The notes under the pieces: model-generated
Told to the model about the DNA's origin: nothing
Seen by the model: only the letters and a program-made list of their open reading frames with translations
Database searches by the model: none
Source: Gammaproteobacteria bacterium
Lineage (GTDB): Bacteria > Pseudomonadota > Gammaproteobacteria > Magnimaribacterales > TMED112
DNA length: 64,000 bases
Assembly: GCA_038133485.1 (NCBI GenBank)
Contig: JAYPTH010000001.1
Location: forward strand, 33,474 to 97,473
Reading direction: 5' to 3'
Translations under genes and position numbers: made by a program
Shown: one piece after another, positions 29,339-37,684 of the stretch
Numbering within the stretch: the first letter of the stretch is position 1
How the letters are laid out: every line of letters starts with the position of its first letter

Positions 29339-30084
29339 TTGTGAGCTTTGTGAATGGTAACTATGCCATTGAATAAGTTTTGATATGATGATTTTTCAAA
29401 GCCAGATTTAATAATCATATTGTTTAAAGTTTCTTGGTCTTCATGAGTTCTGATAGATTTCACAAGATAATCATAGCTATCTGAGTCGCCCGAAACTAAA
29501 TCACCAATTTTTGGAATAATATTAAAACTGTAAAAATCATAGATTTTTGAAAGAGTTTTATTATTTACTTTAGAAAACTCTAGAATATTTAAGCTGCCTT
29601 TAGGCTTAAGGACTCTGCATATTTCAGACAGTGCCTTTGGTTTATCTGAAAAATTTCTAAAGCCAAAAGAAATAAAGACATGATCAAAAAAATTATCCTC
29701 GAAGGGTAAATTTTCTGCACTTGCAACACAAAAATTCATTGAATTATAAAACCCTTCATTCAATGCTCTTTCTTTAGCAGCTTCTACCATAGATTTATTT
29801 TGATCACACAAATATATCTGTTGCTTGGTGACTTTCTTTGCAATAATTTTTGATATGTCTCCAGTGCCACCTGCTAGATCAAGTGCAATACAATCCTCAG
29901 TTAGATTTGAGCTAGAAACGAAATGCTCTTTCCAAAGCCTATGAGTTCCGAGTGACATGAGGTCATTCATGAGGTCATAGTTTTTTGTTACTTTGGTAAA
30001 GATATTATCAACGCCTAATTTTTTATCGTTTTTAGAGACTTTATCACTTCCAAAAAATACTTTTTCGTTATCTTTATTGCTCAT
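29335..30084 (-). CDS. ubiE: Ubiquinone/menaquinone C-methyltransferase UbiE
   Basis: Contains the 'LDLAGGTGD' SAM motif. An ATGA junction leads into ubiB. Confidence 0.92.
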   Translation of the reverse strand: MSNKDNEKVFFGSDKVSKNDKKLGVDNIFTKVTKNYDLMNDLMSLGTHRLWKEHFVSSSNLTEDCIALDLAGGTGDISKIIAKKVTKQQIYLCDQNKSMVEAAKERALNEGFYNSMNFCVASAENLPFEDNFFDHVFISFGFRNFSDKPKALSEICRVLKPKGSLNILEFSKVNNKTLSKIYDFYSFNIIPKIGDLVSGDSDSYDYLVKSIRTHEDQETLNNMIIKSGFEKSSYQNLFNGIVTIHKAHK

Positions 30085-30113
30085 ATAGTATTATTGTGAG
30101 TAGATAAGTATAA

Positions 30114-30650
30114 ATGGCAACATCAAATTTACTAGCTTGGATAGATTTAGAGATGACAGGACTAGATCCTGAGAAACATCATATTATAGAGATTGCTTGT
30201 TTGATTACTGATTCTGAACTAAATATCGTCAAAGAAGGACCAGAGATTGCAATATCTCAATCAGCAGAAATTCTTACTCTAATGAATGAGTGGAACCAAA
30301 AGCAACACTCTTCTTCTGGGTTAATAGATAAGATTAATAAAAGCACAATTAGCCTAAAGGAGGCAGAGCAGGAAGCTTTAAATTTTTTTAAGCATTATAT
30401 AAGACAACACCAATCACCTTTATGTGGAAACAGCGTGTCTCATGACAGAAGGTTTCTAATAAAATATATGCCTAAACTAGCAAACCATTTCCATTATAGG
30501 CATATTGATGTTAGTTCCTTTAAAGAGGTTATAACTAGATGGTACCCAAATTCAGAGGAGTTCCAAAAGAAATCATCACATAGGGCAATGGATGATATAA
30601 AAGAGTCTGTCGAAGAATTAAAATATTACAGAAGTCTTCTGTTTAAATAA
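30114..30650 (+). CDS. orn: Oligoribonuclease
   Basis: Contains the 'WIDLEMTGLD' DEDDh exonuclease motif and a C-terminal 'HRAMDDI'. Confidence 0.92.
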   Translation: MATSNLLAWIDLEMTGLDPEKHHIIEIACLITDSELNIVKEGPEIAISQSAEILTLMNEWNQKQHSSSGLIDKINKSTISLKEAEQEALNFFKHYIRQHQSPLCGNSVSHDRRFLIKYMPKLANHFHYRHIDVSSFKEVITRWYPNSEEFQKKSSHRAMDDIKESVEELKYYRSLLFK

Positions 30651-30652
30651 AA

Positions 30653-30970
30653 TCAGTTCTTAGTCGAAATATTTAAAGGGAAATGTGCAATATTTTTGGG
30701 GTCTGCTTTTGATATTTTTGATTTACCAAGTTCTGTAACTTCATCAATTCGTATAATGGAATTAATTGGAACATAGGTTCTTTTGACACCATTGAATTCA
30801 GTTTTTAGCTTTTCTTCTGAAGTGTCGACCACAAGACTTGAACTTGTATCAAAAATATAATCCTCAATTTCAACAAAACCATAGAGATCACTTTGATATA
30901 TATTCTTTGCAAATATTTCGTATACTTCCCCTACTTGAATAAATTTAATTTTATAAATTTTTTGCTTCAC
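30653..30970 (-). CDS. DUF1820-like small protein
   Basis: A 105-aa protein with an N-terminal 'YKIKFIQVGEVYEIFAK...' and a position divergent from miaB. The family assignment is from memory only. Confidence 0.5.
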   Translation of the reverse strand: MKQKIYKIKFIQVGEVYEIFAKNIYQSDLYGFVEIEDYIFDTSSSLVVDTSEEKLKTEFNGVKRTYVPINSIIRIDEVTELGKSKISKADPKNIAHFPLNISTKN

Positions 30971-30981
30971 AATAAGAATAT

Positions 30982-32301
30982 ATGACGAAAAGATTATACA
31001 TCAAGACCTATGGGTGCCAGATGAATGAATATGATTCTGGCAAAATCATTGATGTCTTGAATGCAAAAGAAAAAATTGAAATTTCTGAAAGCCCTGAAGA
31101 TGCAGACATAGTAGTTTTAAATACATGCTCAATTAGAGAAAAAGCAGAAGATAAAGTCTATTCAGAATTAGGCAGATTAAGAAAAATTAAAGAAAAAAAT
31201 ACTCATTTGAAGATTGCTGTTGCCGGTTGTGTTGCATCTCAAGAAGGCGAAAAAATTATTAAAAGAGCCCCCTATGTAAATTTGGTTTTTGGTCCACAAG
31301 ACCTCCATAAAACAAATGAACTTCTAGAAAAATCAGAATCAATACCTGTTGTGGAGACAACATTTGATGAAATCAAGAAATTTGATGAAATGCCTAAAAT
31401 TTCTAGAACTGAAAATTCAGCTTATTTAACCATTATGGAAGGCTGTTCAAAGTTTTGCACCTTCTGTGTTGTGCCATATACACGTGGAGAAGAGGTAAGC
31501 AGAAGTCTGGATAGCATACTTAATGAAGTTCTAGATCTTATTAGAAATGGAGCAACTGAGATTACTCTTTTAGGCCAGAATGTGAATGCTTTCACAGCAA
31601 TCTGGGAAGAAAGACGATTGAGGATCGGTGATTTAATTCAAATAATTTCTCAATTTGATGAAATATTAAGATTAAGGTTTACAACATCACACCCAAATGA
31701 TGTAGATAAAAACTTAATAGACTGCTACCAATCCGTTCCAAAGCTTGCAAATCAGTTTCATCTTCCAGTGCAGTCTGGATCAGATGAAATTTTAAGAAGA
31801 ATGAAAAGAGATTACACCAAAGAAAAATATCTTGGCATTATAGACAAGATCAAGAGAGTTAGACCAGATATCCCAGTTTCTTCTGATTTTATAGTGGGAT
31901 TTCCTGGTGAAAGTAAAGCAGACTTTTACGAGACAATGGATTTAGTTGAAAAGGTAAAATTTGATAATTCCTATAGTTTTATATATAGCCAAAGGCCCGG
32001 AACTCCTGCTGCAGGGATGAAAGATGATGTTTCTGCTGACGATAAGAAAAAAAGGCTAAAAGATCTGCAAGATTTACTAAATAAATATGCATTAGAAAGA
32101 AGTGAAAAATTGCAAAATACCATACAGAGTTGCTTGGTTACTGGAAAATCAAAGAAAGATAAAAAGGAATACCAAGCCAGAACAGAGTGCAACAGAGTAG
32201 TAAATTTTCCATCTAATGGTATTGATTTGGCTGGCCAATTAGTTAATATTCGAATTAATGATGTTTTGGCTAATTCTCTTAGAGGATCCATCGAAAACTA
32301 A
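30982..32301 (+). CDS. miaB: tRNA-2-methylthio-N6-dimethylallyladenosine synthase MiaB
   Basis: Contains the radical-SAM motif 'CSKFCTFCVVPYTRG' and an N-terminal Cys triad ('YGCQMN', 'NTCSIR'). Confidence 0.95.
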   Translation: MTKRLYIKTYGCQMNEYDSGKIIDVLNAKEKIEISESPEDADIVVLNTCSIREKAEDKVYSELGRLRKIKEKNTHLKIAVAGCVASQEGEKIIKRAPYVNLVFGPQDLHKTNELLEKSESIPVVETTFDEIKKFDEMPKISRTENSAYLTIMEGCSKFCTFCVVPYTRGEEVSRSLDSILNEVLDLIRNGATEITLLGQNVNAFTAIWEERRLRIGDLIQIISQFDEILRLRFTTSHPNDVDKNLIDCYQSVPKLANQFHLPVQSGSDEILRRMKRDYTKEKYLGIIDKIKRVRPDIPVSSDFIVGFPGESKADFYETMDLVEKVKFDNSYSFIYSQRPGTPAAGMKDDVSADDKKKRLKDLQDLLNKYALERSEKLQNTIQSCLVTGKSKKDKKEYQARTECNRVVNFPSNGIDLAGQLVNIRINDVLANSLRGSIEN

Positions 32302-32306
32302 AGCTT

Positions 32307-33248
32307 TTGTACAATCATAATTTAAACTTTTCAAACCTGAGCCCAGATAGATTGCAGCTATTGTGTGGCGAGTTAAATAAAAACCTTAAACAAATAGAGA
32401 AGGCTTTAAAAATAAAAGTAAGCCAGAATGGCACTGAATTTGACCTTTCAGGTAGAAAGTCAGATGTCGGCATTGCAGTTTCAGCGTTGCTTGATTTAAA
32501 GGAAAAGATAGAACTAAATACATCGATAACTCCTGATCTTGTCCATCTTAGCCTACATACTGCAAAATTCTCTGACGATGCCGATCTAAAAAATCTAGCA
32601 CAAATAAAAACACCTAGAGTAAATGTTGCAGCTCGTGGAAAAAATCAAAAAGAATATATTCAGAATATCCAGAACTCTGATCTTACATTTGGAGTCGGAC
32701 CTTCAGGCACTGGAAAAACATTCTTAGCTGTTGCTTGTGCAGTAGATGATTTGTTAAAAGAAAAGATACGAAAAATAGTTCTGGTTCGTCCTGCAGTTGA
32801 GGCTGGAGAAAGGCTTGGTTTTTTACCTGGGGATCTCAGCTCCAAAATAGATCCCTATCTAAGACCTCTGTATGATGCACTACATGACATGCTGGGCGCT
32901 GAAAGAGTTAACAGACTTGTTGAAAGAGATATTATTGAAATTGCTCCTTTAGCTTATATGCGGGGAAGGACTCTAAGAGAGGCCTTTATCATTATGGATG
33001 AGGGTCAAAATACTACTATTGAACAAATGAAAATGTTTTTAACAAGACTTGGATTTGGTTCAAAAGCTGTCGTAAATGGAGATCTAAGCCAGATAGATCT
33101 TCCGAAAAATATTACTTCAGGGCTAAGACACTCAATCGAAGTTCTAAACTCTATAGATTCTATAAAATTCACCTATTTTGGTGCAAAGGATGTTATCCGG
33201 CACTCATTAGTCCAAGAGATAGTTCAGGCATATGATAATTTCGAGTGA
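32307..33248 (+). CDS. ybeZ: PhoH-family ATPase (YbeZ)
   Basis: Contains the 'GPSGTGKTFLAVA' Walker A motif. The miaB-ybeZ-ybeY-corC-lnt synteny supports it. TTG start. Confidence 0.9.
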   Translation: MYNHNLNFSNLSPDRLQLLCGELNKNLKQIEKALKIKVSQNGTEFDLSGRKSDVGIAVSALLDLKEKIELNTSITPDLVHLSLHTAKFSDDADLKNLAQIKTPRVNVAARGKNQKEYIQNIQNSDLTFGVGPSGTGKTFLAVACAVDDLLKEKIRKIVLVRPAVEAGERLGFLPGDLSSKIDPYLRPLYDALHDMLGAERVNRLVERDIIEIAPLAYMRGRTLREAFIIMDEGQNTTIEQMKMFLTRLGFGSKAVVNGDLSQIDLPKNITSGLRHSIEVLNSIDSIKFTYFGAKDVIRHSLVQEIVQAYDNFE

Positions 33249-33696
33249 TTCTGTAACTATTGAATTACATAATTACCCTAAGCAATTAAGCTTTGTGAAA
33301 GATTCATTAGAGGATATTGTGATTAAATTTAAAAATTATTTTGAGATTAAAGAAATTTTTTCTGAAATTAGTTTCATATCAAAAGAACAAATTAAAGAAA
33401 TTAATAAAAAATTTCGCAACATAGATAAAGCAACAAATGTGCTTACGTTCCCAAGCCAAGAATTAAAGCGTATGACTAATAATTGCCATGGTGAGATATT
33501 GATATGCATGGAGGTATTAGAACAAGAGAGTATTGCTCAAGATAAAAAAATTGAAAACCATTTTTTTCACTTACTAATTCATTCGTTTATGCACTTACTA
33601 GGATACATGCATGATAAAGAAGATGATGCTATATTAATGGAAAGTAGAGAAATTGAATTTTTGGCTAATATCGGAGTAGATAATCCTTACAAATAA
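33232..33696 (+). CDS. ybeY: rRNA maturation endoribonuclease YbeY
   Basis: Contains 'HLLIHSFMHLLGYMH', the H..H......H zinc motif. Confidence 0.85.
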   Translation: MIISSDSVTIELHNYPKQLSFVKDSLEDIVIKFKNYFEIKEIFSEISFISKEQIKEINKKFRNIDKATNVLTFPSQELKRMTNNCHGEILICMEVLEQESIAQDKKIENHFFHLLIHSFMHLLGYMHDKEDDAILMESREIEFLANIGVDNPYK

Positions 33697-34487
33697 TGTC
33701 TGAAGAACCTTCGCAAACAATTTTATCTAAAATCACAAATCTTTTTCGCTCAGATACTAAGAACCAAGAATTTTCGGATCAACCTAATGACGAACAGATA
33801 CAGGAATTAATTGAAAATGTTTTAAAAATTAAAGGCACAGTTGTTAAAGAAATAATGATTCCTGAAGTAAATATTTCATCAATAGCTGAGCATCAAAATC
33901 TTGAGGATATTTTTAAAATAATCAACGAAACTAGGCACTCTAGATATCCAGTTTATAGCTCAGATAAAAGTAAAGTAATAGGAATTTTACATGTAAAAGA
34001 TTTAATTGAAATTATTAGCATGCCCAGCAAAAATTTTGAAATCTCAGAGCTTATAAGAGACGTAAAAATAGTTCCTGAGACCAAATCAGTTACATCGATG
34101 TTAGAAGATTTTAAAAAAGACCGAGCTCACTTAGCAATGGTAATCGATGAATATGGCATCCTAGTTGGGCTAATCACTATTGAAGATATTCTAGAAGAAA
34201 TTGTAGGCGAAATTGAAGATGAATTTTATGAAGAAAAAAATGACGAGATAATAAAAATTAATGAGAATGAATTTATTGTTTCAGCAATTCTTGAAAAAGA
34301 GAAATTTGAAGAATTTTTTAATATATCTTTGGCTTGTCCAGAAGCAGAGAGTCTTGGTGGCTTTATGTTAAAGGAGATAGGTTTCATGCCTAAGGTTGGT
34401 GAGTCACTGAGTTTGGAAAACCTTAAGCTTGTGGTGACATCTGCTGATCAAAGAAAAATCAAAAAAATCACGGTAAGAGTTAATTGA
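33696..34487 (+). CDS. corC: CBS-domain magnesium/cobalt efflux-associated protein CorC/YbeX
   Basis: Has a CBS pair plus a transporter-associated C-terminal domain, and contains 'IDEYGILVGLITIEDILEEIVGEI'. Confidence 0.85.
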   Translation: MSEEPSQTILSKITNLFRSDTKNQEFSDQPNDEQIQELIENVLKIKGTVVKEIMIPEVNISSIAEHQNLEDIFKIINETRHSRYPVYSSDKSKVIGILHVKDLIEIISMPSKNFEISELIRDVKIVPETKSVTSMLEDFKKDRAHLAMVIDEYGILVGLITIEDILEEIVGEIEDEFYEEKNDEIIKINENEFIVSAILEKEKFEEFFNISLACPEAESLGGFMLKEIGFMPKVGESLSLENLKLVVTSADQRKIKKITVRVN

Positions 34488-35722
34488 ATAGATACCCTTT
34501 TTTGCTTGGTTTAGCTATTGGGATCCTGTATTGGACCATTAATGTTTCATGGATATTCAGCGCTATAAATTTTTATGGAGCAGGAATATTATTTAGCATT
34601 CTCATCTCATCATTCTTGATAATTTATTTGTCCTTATATATTGGAATCTTCACTTATATATGTAGCAGATTTTGGGATGAAAAATATTTTGTGCTTATTG
34701 CACCATCTTCATTCTTTTTACTTGAAGCCTTAAGATCTTATCTTTTGACTGGTGTGCCTTGGTTAAGGCTTGGCATGCTCGCAGATGAACTTTGGGGAAT
34801 GTTGCCCTTAGTGGGAGTTGCTGGCACTAGTTTTTTAATTGTCTTGGGTGTAGCTTTGCTAGCTAAATCAAAACAATCAAGATTTTATGTTCCCCTCTCA
34901 GGCCTGATATTTTTATCTCTAGTCTTTGGTCCTGGTCATTTTCAACAACAACCAGAATCAAGAGCTGTAAAAGTAGCTGTTATTCAGCCAGTTGATAATA
35001 ATTTAACTAAATTACAAAATATAACTTCAAGCTTAGATGATGACATAGTCGTTTGGCCTGAAGGTGTTGCCAGGCTAGACACAATTCCGCTAAATAATTC
35101 AAAACAAGTAATTGTTGGAGGATTTTATACAGTAGAAAATAACAAAATTTTTAACTCAATTGTTAATTTAAATAATGGTGAGAAAAACAATAAAAGAAAC
35201 TTGGTTCCATTCGGCGAGTTTCAGCCTTTTAATGGGGCATTAAATAACTTAAGTTCTTTTTTTGTGAGTCCCTATTTCAAAGATCTCACCCCAGGTTCAA
35301 ATAATCAGGAAAAGCTTACAGTCTTAGGTGAAGCAGTATCAGGCCTAATTTGTTGGGAGCTGGTTTTTGATCAAACTTTTATAAAGAGAACTCTAAATAC
35401 TGGTCTTATTTTCCATGTTAGTAATGACAGCTGGTATGGTGACTCAATGCCTCCGCAACACTTTAGGCATGTAAAAGCCAGAGCAGTCGAATCGAATAAA
35501 TGGGTCATTAGATCAACCAAAGATGGAATTAGCGCAATTATCTCGCCTTCACTGTCGCATAATGATCAAAAAATCCTAAGAGGCAAAGAGGGTTATATTT
35601 CAGAAACAATCAGTTTTAATAATGAAAATACAATTTTTCTTATTTTTGGAAACTGGCCTTTATTTATTTTATCTTGTTTGGTTATGACATTTGCTATGAT
35701 GAATAGCAGAAAACCCAAATGA
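34484..35722 (+). CDS. lnt: Apolipoprotein N-acyltransferase (N-terminally short form)
   Basis: Has nitrilase-type triad contexts 'VVWPEG', 'LVPFGEF' and 'LICWE'. TTG start in a TTGA overlap with the corC stop. It is 412 aa. Confidence 0.8.
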   Translation: MNRYPFLLGLAIGILYWTINVSWIFSAINFYGAGILFSILISSFLIIYLSLYIGIFTYICSRFWDEKYFVLIAPSSFFLLEALRSYLLTGVPWLRLGMLADELWGMLPLVGVAGTSFLIVLGVALLAKSKQSRFYVPLSGLIFLSLVFGPGHFQQQPESRAVKVAVIQPVDNNLTKLQNITSSLDDDIVVWPEGVARLDTIPLNNSKQVIVGGFYTVENNKIFNSIVNLNNGEKNNKRNLVPFGEFQPFNGALNNLSSFFVSPYFKDLTPGSNNQEKLTVLGEAVSGLICWELVFDQTFIKRTLNTGLIFHVSNDSWYGDSMPPQHFRHVKARAVESNKWVIRSTKDGISAIISPSLSHNDQKILRGKEGYISETISFNNENTIFLIFGNWPLFILSCLVMTFAMMNSRKPK

Positions 35723-36243
35723 AAATTTTATATACTCTGTTATTGATGTCCCTTGTGTATGCCAAGGAGATTGAAATTTCAATCTCAAAACAAAAGTTAT
35801 TTCTAATTAATAATGACGGCTTAGTTACAGAGTACAATATTTCCTCCTCAGCCTATGGTGAAGGGTCGCTAGAAGGTTCGTATAAAACTCCCTTAGGAAA
35901 ACACATCGTTAAGAAAATGATAGGTCAAGATGTGCCCTATGGAGGCAGGTTAATTGGAAGGGTTTATCAGGGCGAGATATATCCTATCTATTTTCAAGAT
36001 AATGTAATAGTGCAGGAAGATGTTGTGCAAAGCCGGATTATATGGCTGGACGGTCTTGAGGAAGGAGTAAATAGAGGTGCTGGGATAGATTCTTTTCAAA
36101 GATATATTTATATTCACGGAACACCAGAAGAATGGCGACTTGGACAAAAAGCATCAAAAGGATGCATAAGAATGTCAAATAAAGATGTGATTGAATTATT
36201 TTCCCTTATCAACGCTGGAACCTTGGTAAATATACTGCCTTAA
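35719..36243 (+). CDS. L,D-transpeptidase (YkuD domain)
   Basis: Contains the 'HGTPEEW' and 'SKGCIRM' catalytic His/Cys motifs and a signal peptide. Confidence 0.8.
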   Translation: MKILYTLLLMSLVYAKEIEISISKQKLFLINNDGLVTEYNISSSAYGEGSLEGSYKTPLGKHIVKKMIGQDVPYGGRLIGRVYQGEIYPIYFQDNVIVQEDVVQSRIIWLDGLEEGVNRGAGIDSFQRYIYIHGTPEEWRLGQKASKGCIRMSNKDVIELFSLINAGTLVNILP

Positions 36244-36317
36244 GAAGATATAAAAAATATTTATATTAATTTATAAAAAATATTGATATTACTTCAAAAA
36301 CATATAATATTGTTTAT

Positions 36318-36388
36318 CTAAGTCAGTCTCTCCTCTCCCCCATGACTGGCACTTATGGGGCTTCGGCCCCATTTTTTAGGAAGAGATT
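36318..36388 (+). promoter_or_regulatory. Structured GC-rich leader (candidate attenuator, riboregulator or short sRNA) ahead of the small ORF and gpx
   Basis: Stem GUCAGUC (36322-28) pairs with GACUGGC (36344-50) around the 15-nt loop UCUCCUCUCCCCCAU. This is followed by a UUCG terminator hairpin. A possible promoter is TTGATA (36283-88) with TATAAT (36303-08) or TAATAT (36305-10). The 5' end is approximate. Confidence 0.4.
36357..36377 (+). terminator. Rho-independent terminator hairpin GGGGC-UUCG-GCCCC followed by AUUUUUU
   Basis: Read directly: a 5-bp all-GC stem, a UUCG tetraloop and a 6-U tract. It is one of only two clear intrinsic terminators in the window. Confidence 0.7.
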
Positions 36389-36514
36389 ATGGAAAATATT
36401 TTTAATTTTTTTAGGTTGGGCGATATGAGAGAGAAGATTTCTGATTCATTTGAGCTTGTGGTACTATGCCTTATATTTTTAATATTATTGTTGGGCATAT
36501 CACCTAATGGCTAA
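36389..36514 (+). CDS. 41-aa small membrane protein (hypothetical), coupled to gpx
   Basis: My own translation is MENIFNFFRLGDMREKISDSFELVVLCLIFLILLLGISPNG. The SD AGGAAGAG ends 5 nt before the ATG. Its stop overlaps the gpx start (AATGGCTAA). It has a C-terminal TM helix. Confidence 0.35.
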   Translation: MENIFNFFRLGDMREKISDSFELVVLCLIFLILLLGISPNG

Positions 36515-37040
36515 ACACCTACTGTCTTTATTATTATTTGTTGCAGTCGACATACTGGCTGACTGCCCAGATTTGCTAAACGAAGACGTCAAAATTCTAA
36601 ACAAACAAGAGTTTAAAAATCTTTGTGAGTACAAAGATAAAACAATTTTAGTGGTAAACACTGCAAGCAAGTGTGGGTTTACCTACCAGTATGAGCAATT
36701 AGAGGACTTATATAGAGAATTTAGTACTAAGGGGCTTGTTGTTTTAGGTTTCCCATCAAGAAATTTTCTTTACCAGGAATTTGATGATGAGGGAGAGGTT
36801 GCAGAATTTTGTCAAACAAATTTCGATATTACTTTTCCACTCTTTTCACTTACTAATGTAGGAGCAGCCAATACAAGTTCGTTCTATAAAAAGCTATTCA
36901 AGGAAACACAAGAAAGACCAAAATGGAACTTCCATAAGTACTTAATAAAACCCAACGGTGAAGTAAAAAGTTTCTCTCACAAACTTGATCCACAAGATCC
37001 TATTATTGTTCAGGCGATTCTAGACTCTATTAATTCGTAG
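36507..37040 (+). CDS. gpx: Glutathione peroxidase (Cys-type), with signal peptide
   Basis: Contains the 'NTASKCGFT' active-site motif, 'LGFPSRNF', and 'WNFHKYLI'. Confidence 0.9.
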   Translation: MAKHLLSLLLFVAVDILADCPDLLNEDVKILNKQEFKNLCEYKDKTILVVNTASKCGFTYQYEQLEDLYREFSTKGLVVLGFPSRNFLYQEFDDEGEVAEFCQTNFDITFPLFSLTNVGAANTSSFYKKLFKETQERPKWNFHKYLIKPNGEVKSFSHKLDPQDPIIVQAILDSINS

Positions 37041-37684
37041 TGATTATCATGACCAATGATCACTGTATTAGGCTTATTCTCTGCAAATATTCCGACTTCT
37101 AAAATCCCATCTATAGCATTAATTTTTTTTTCAAGCTCTAATGGATTGGCGACCAACACGCCTCTCAGGTCTAAAAGAATGTTGCCACTATCAGACAAAG
37201 AGTTTCGACGCATAATTTGTGGAAAATCATCATTTAGCGAAGTAATAACTCTATCTATTTTTGTTTCACAGACCTCAACAGGAATACCAAACTTGCCAAG
37301 CATATGTACTTGTTTTGAATTGTCAGCGATACAAATAAAGTATTTAGAATGTTTAGTAAGTTTTTTTTCTAATAAATGTGCTCCGCCTCCGCCCTTAATT
37401 AAATTTAACTCTGGATCTATTTCATCTGCTCCATCTACATAGATATCTAGACATTTTGTATTCGGCAATGTTTTCTCAACCTTAATACCCAAGCTTTCAA
37501 CAAGTTCAGTTGTTCTTATTGAGCTTGAATAAATTAGATCAATTCTATCTTTTAGTTTGGGAAGAAAATTTTTAGTAAAGAGGTCCGTAGTGCTCCCAGT
37601 ACCTAGACCTAAAACAAAATTTTCAACATTCATTTCAATAATTTTATTAAAGGCGCCTTTAGCAGCATTAAGTTTTTTATTCAT
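37010..37684 (-). CDS. rpiA: Ribose-5-phosphate isomerase A
   Basis: Contains 'GLGTGSTT', 'DGADEID' and 'KGGGGA'. Its 3' end overlaps the gpx 3' end by 31 nt. Confidence 0.92.
   Translation of the reverse strand: MNKKLNAAKGAFNKIIEMNVENFVLGLGTGSTTDLFTKNFLPKLKDRIDLIYSSSIRTTELVESLGIKVEKTLPNTKCLDIYVDGADEIDPELNLIKGGGGAHLLEKKLTKHSKYFICIADNSKQVHMLGKFGIPVEVCETKIDRVITSLNDDFPQIMRRNSLSDSGNILLDLRGVLVANPLELEKKINAIDGILEVGIFAENKPNTVIIGHDNHYELIESRIA

Noticed and set aside
32307-33248. The PhoH-family ATPase as evidence of a phosphate-starvation island.
   Set aside because: It is the YbeZ member of the conserved miaB-ybeZ-ybeY-corC-lnt housekeeping cluster.
36342-36428. A 28-aa ORF (MTGTYGASAPFFRKRLWKIFLIFLGWAI) starting inside the structured leader.
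   Set aside because: It is preceded by a C/U-rich tract rather than an SD. Its coding sequence is the hairpin and terminator itself, and it overlaps the better-supported 41-aa ORF in another frame.
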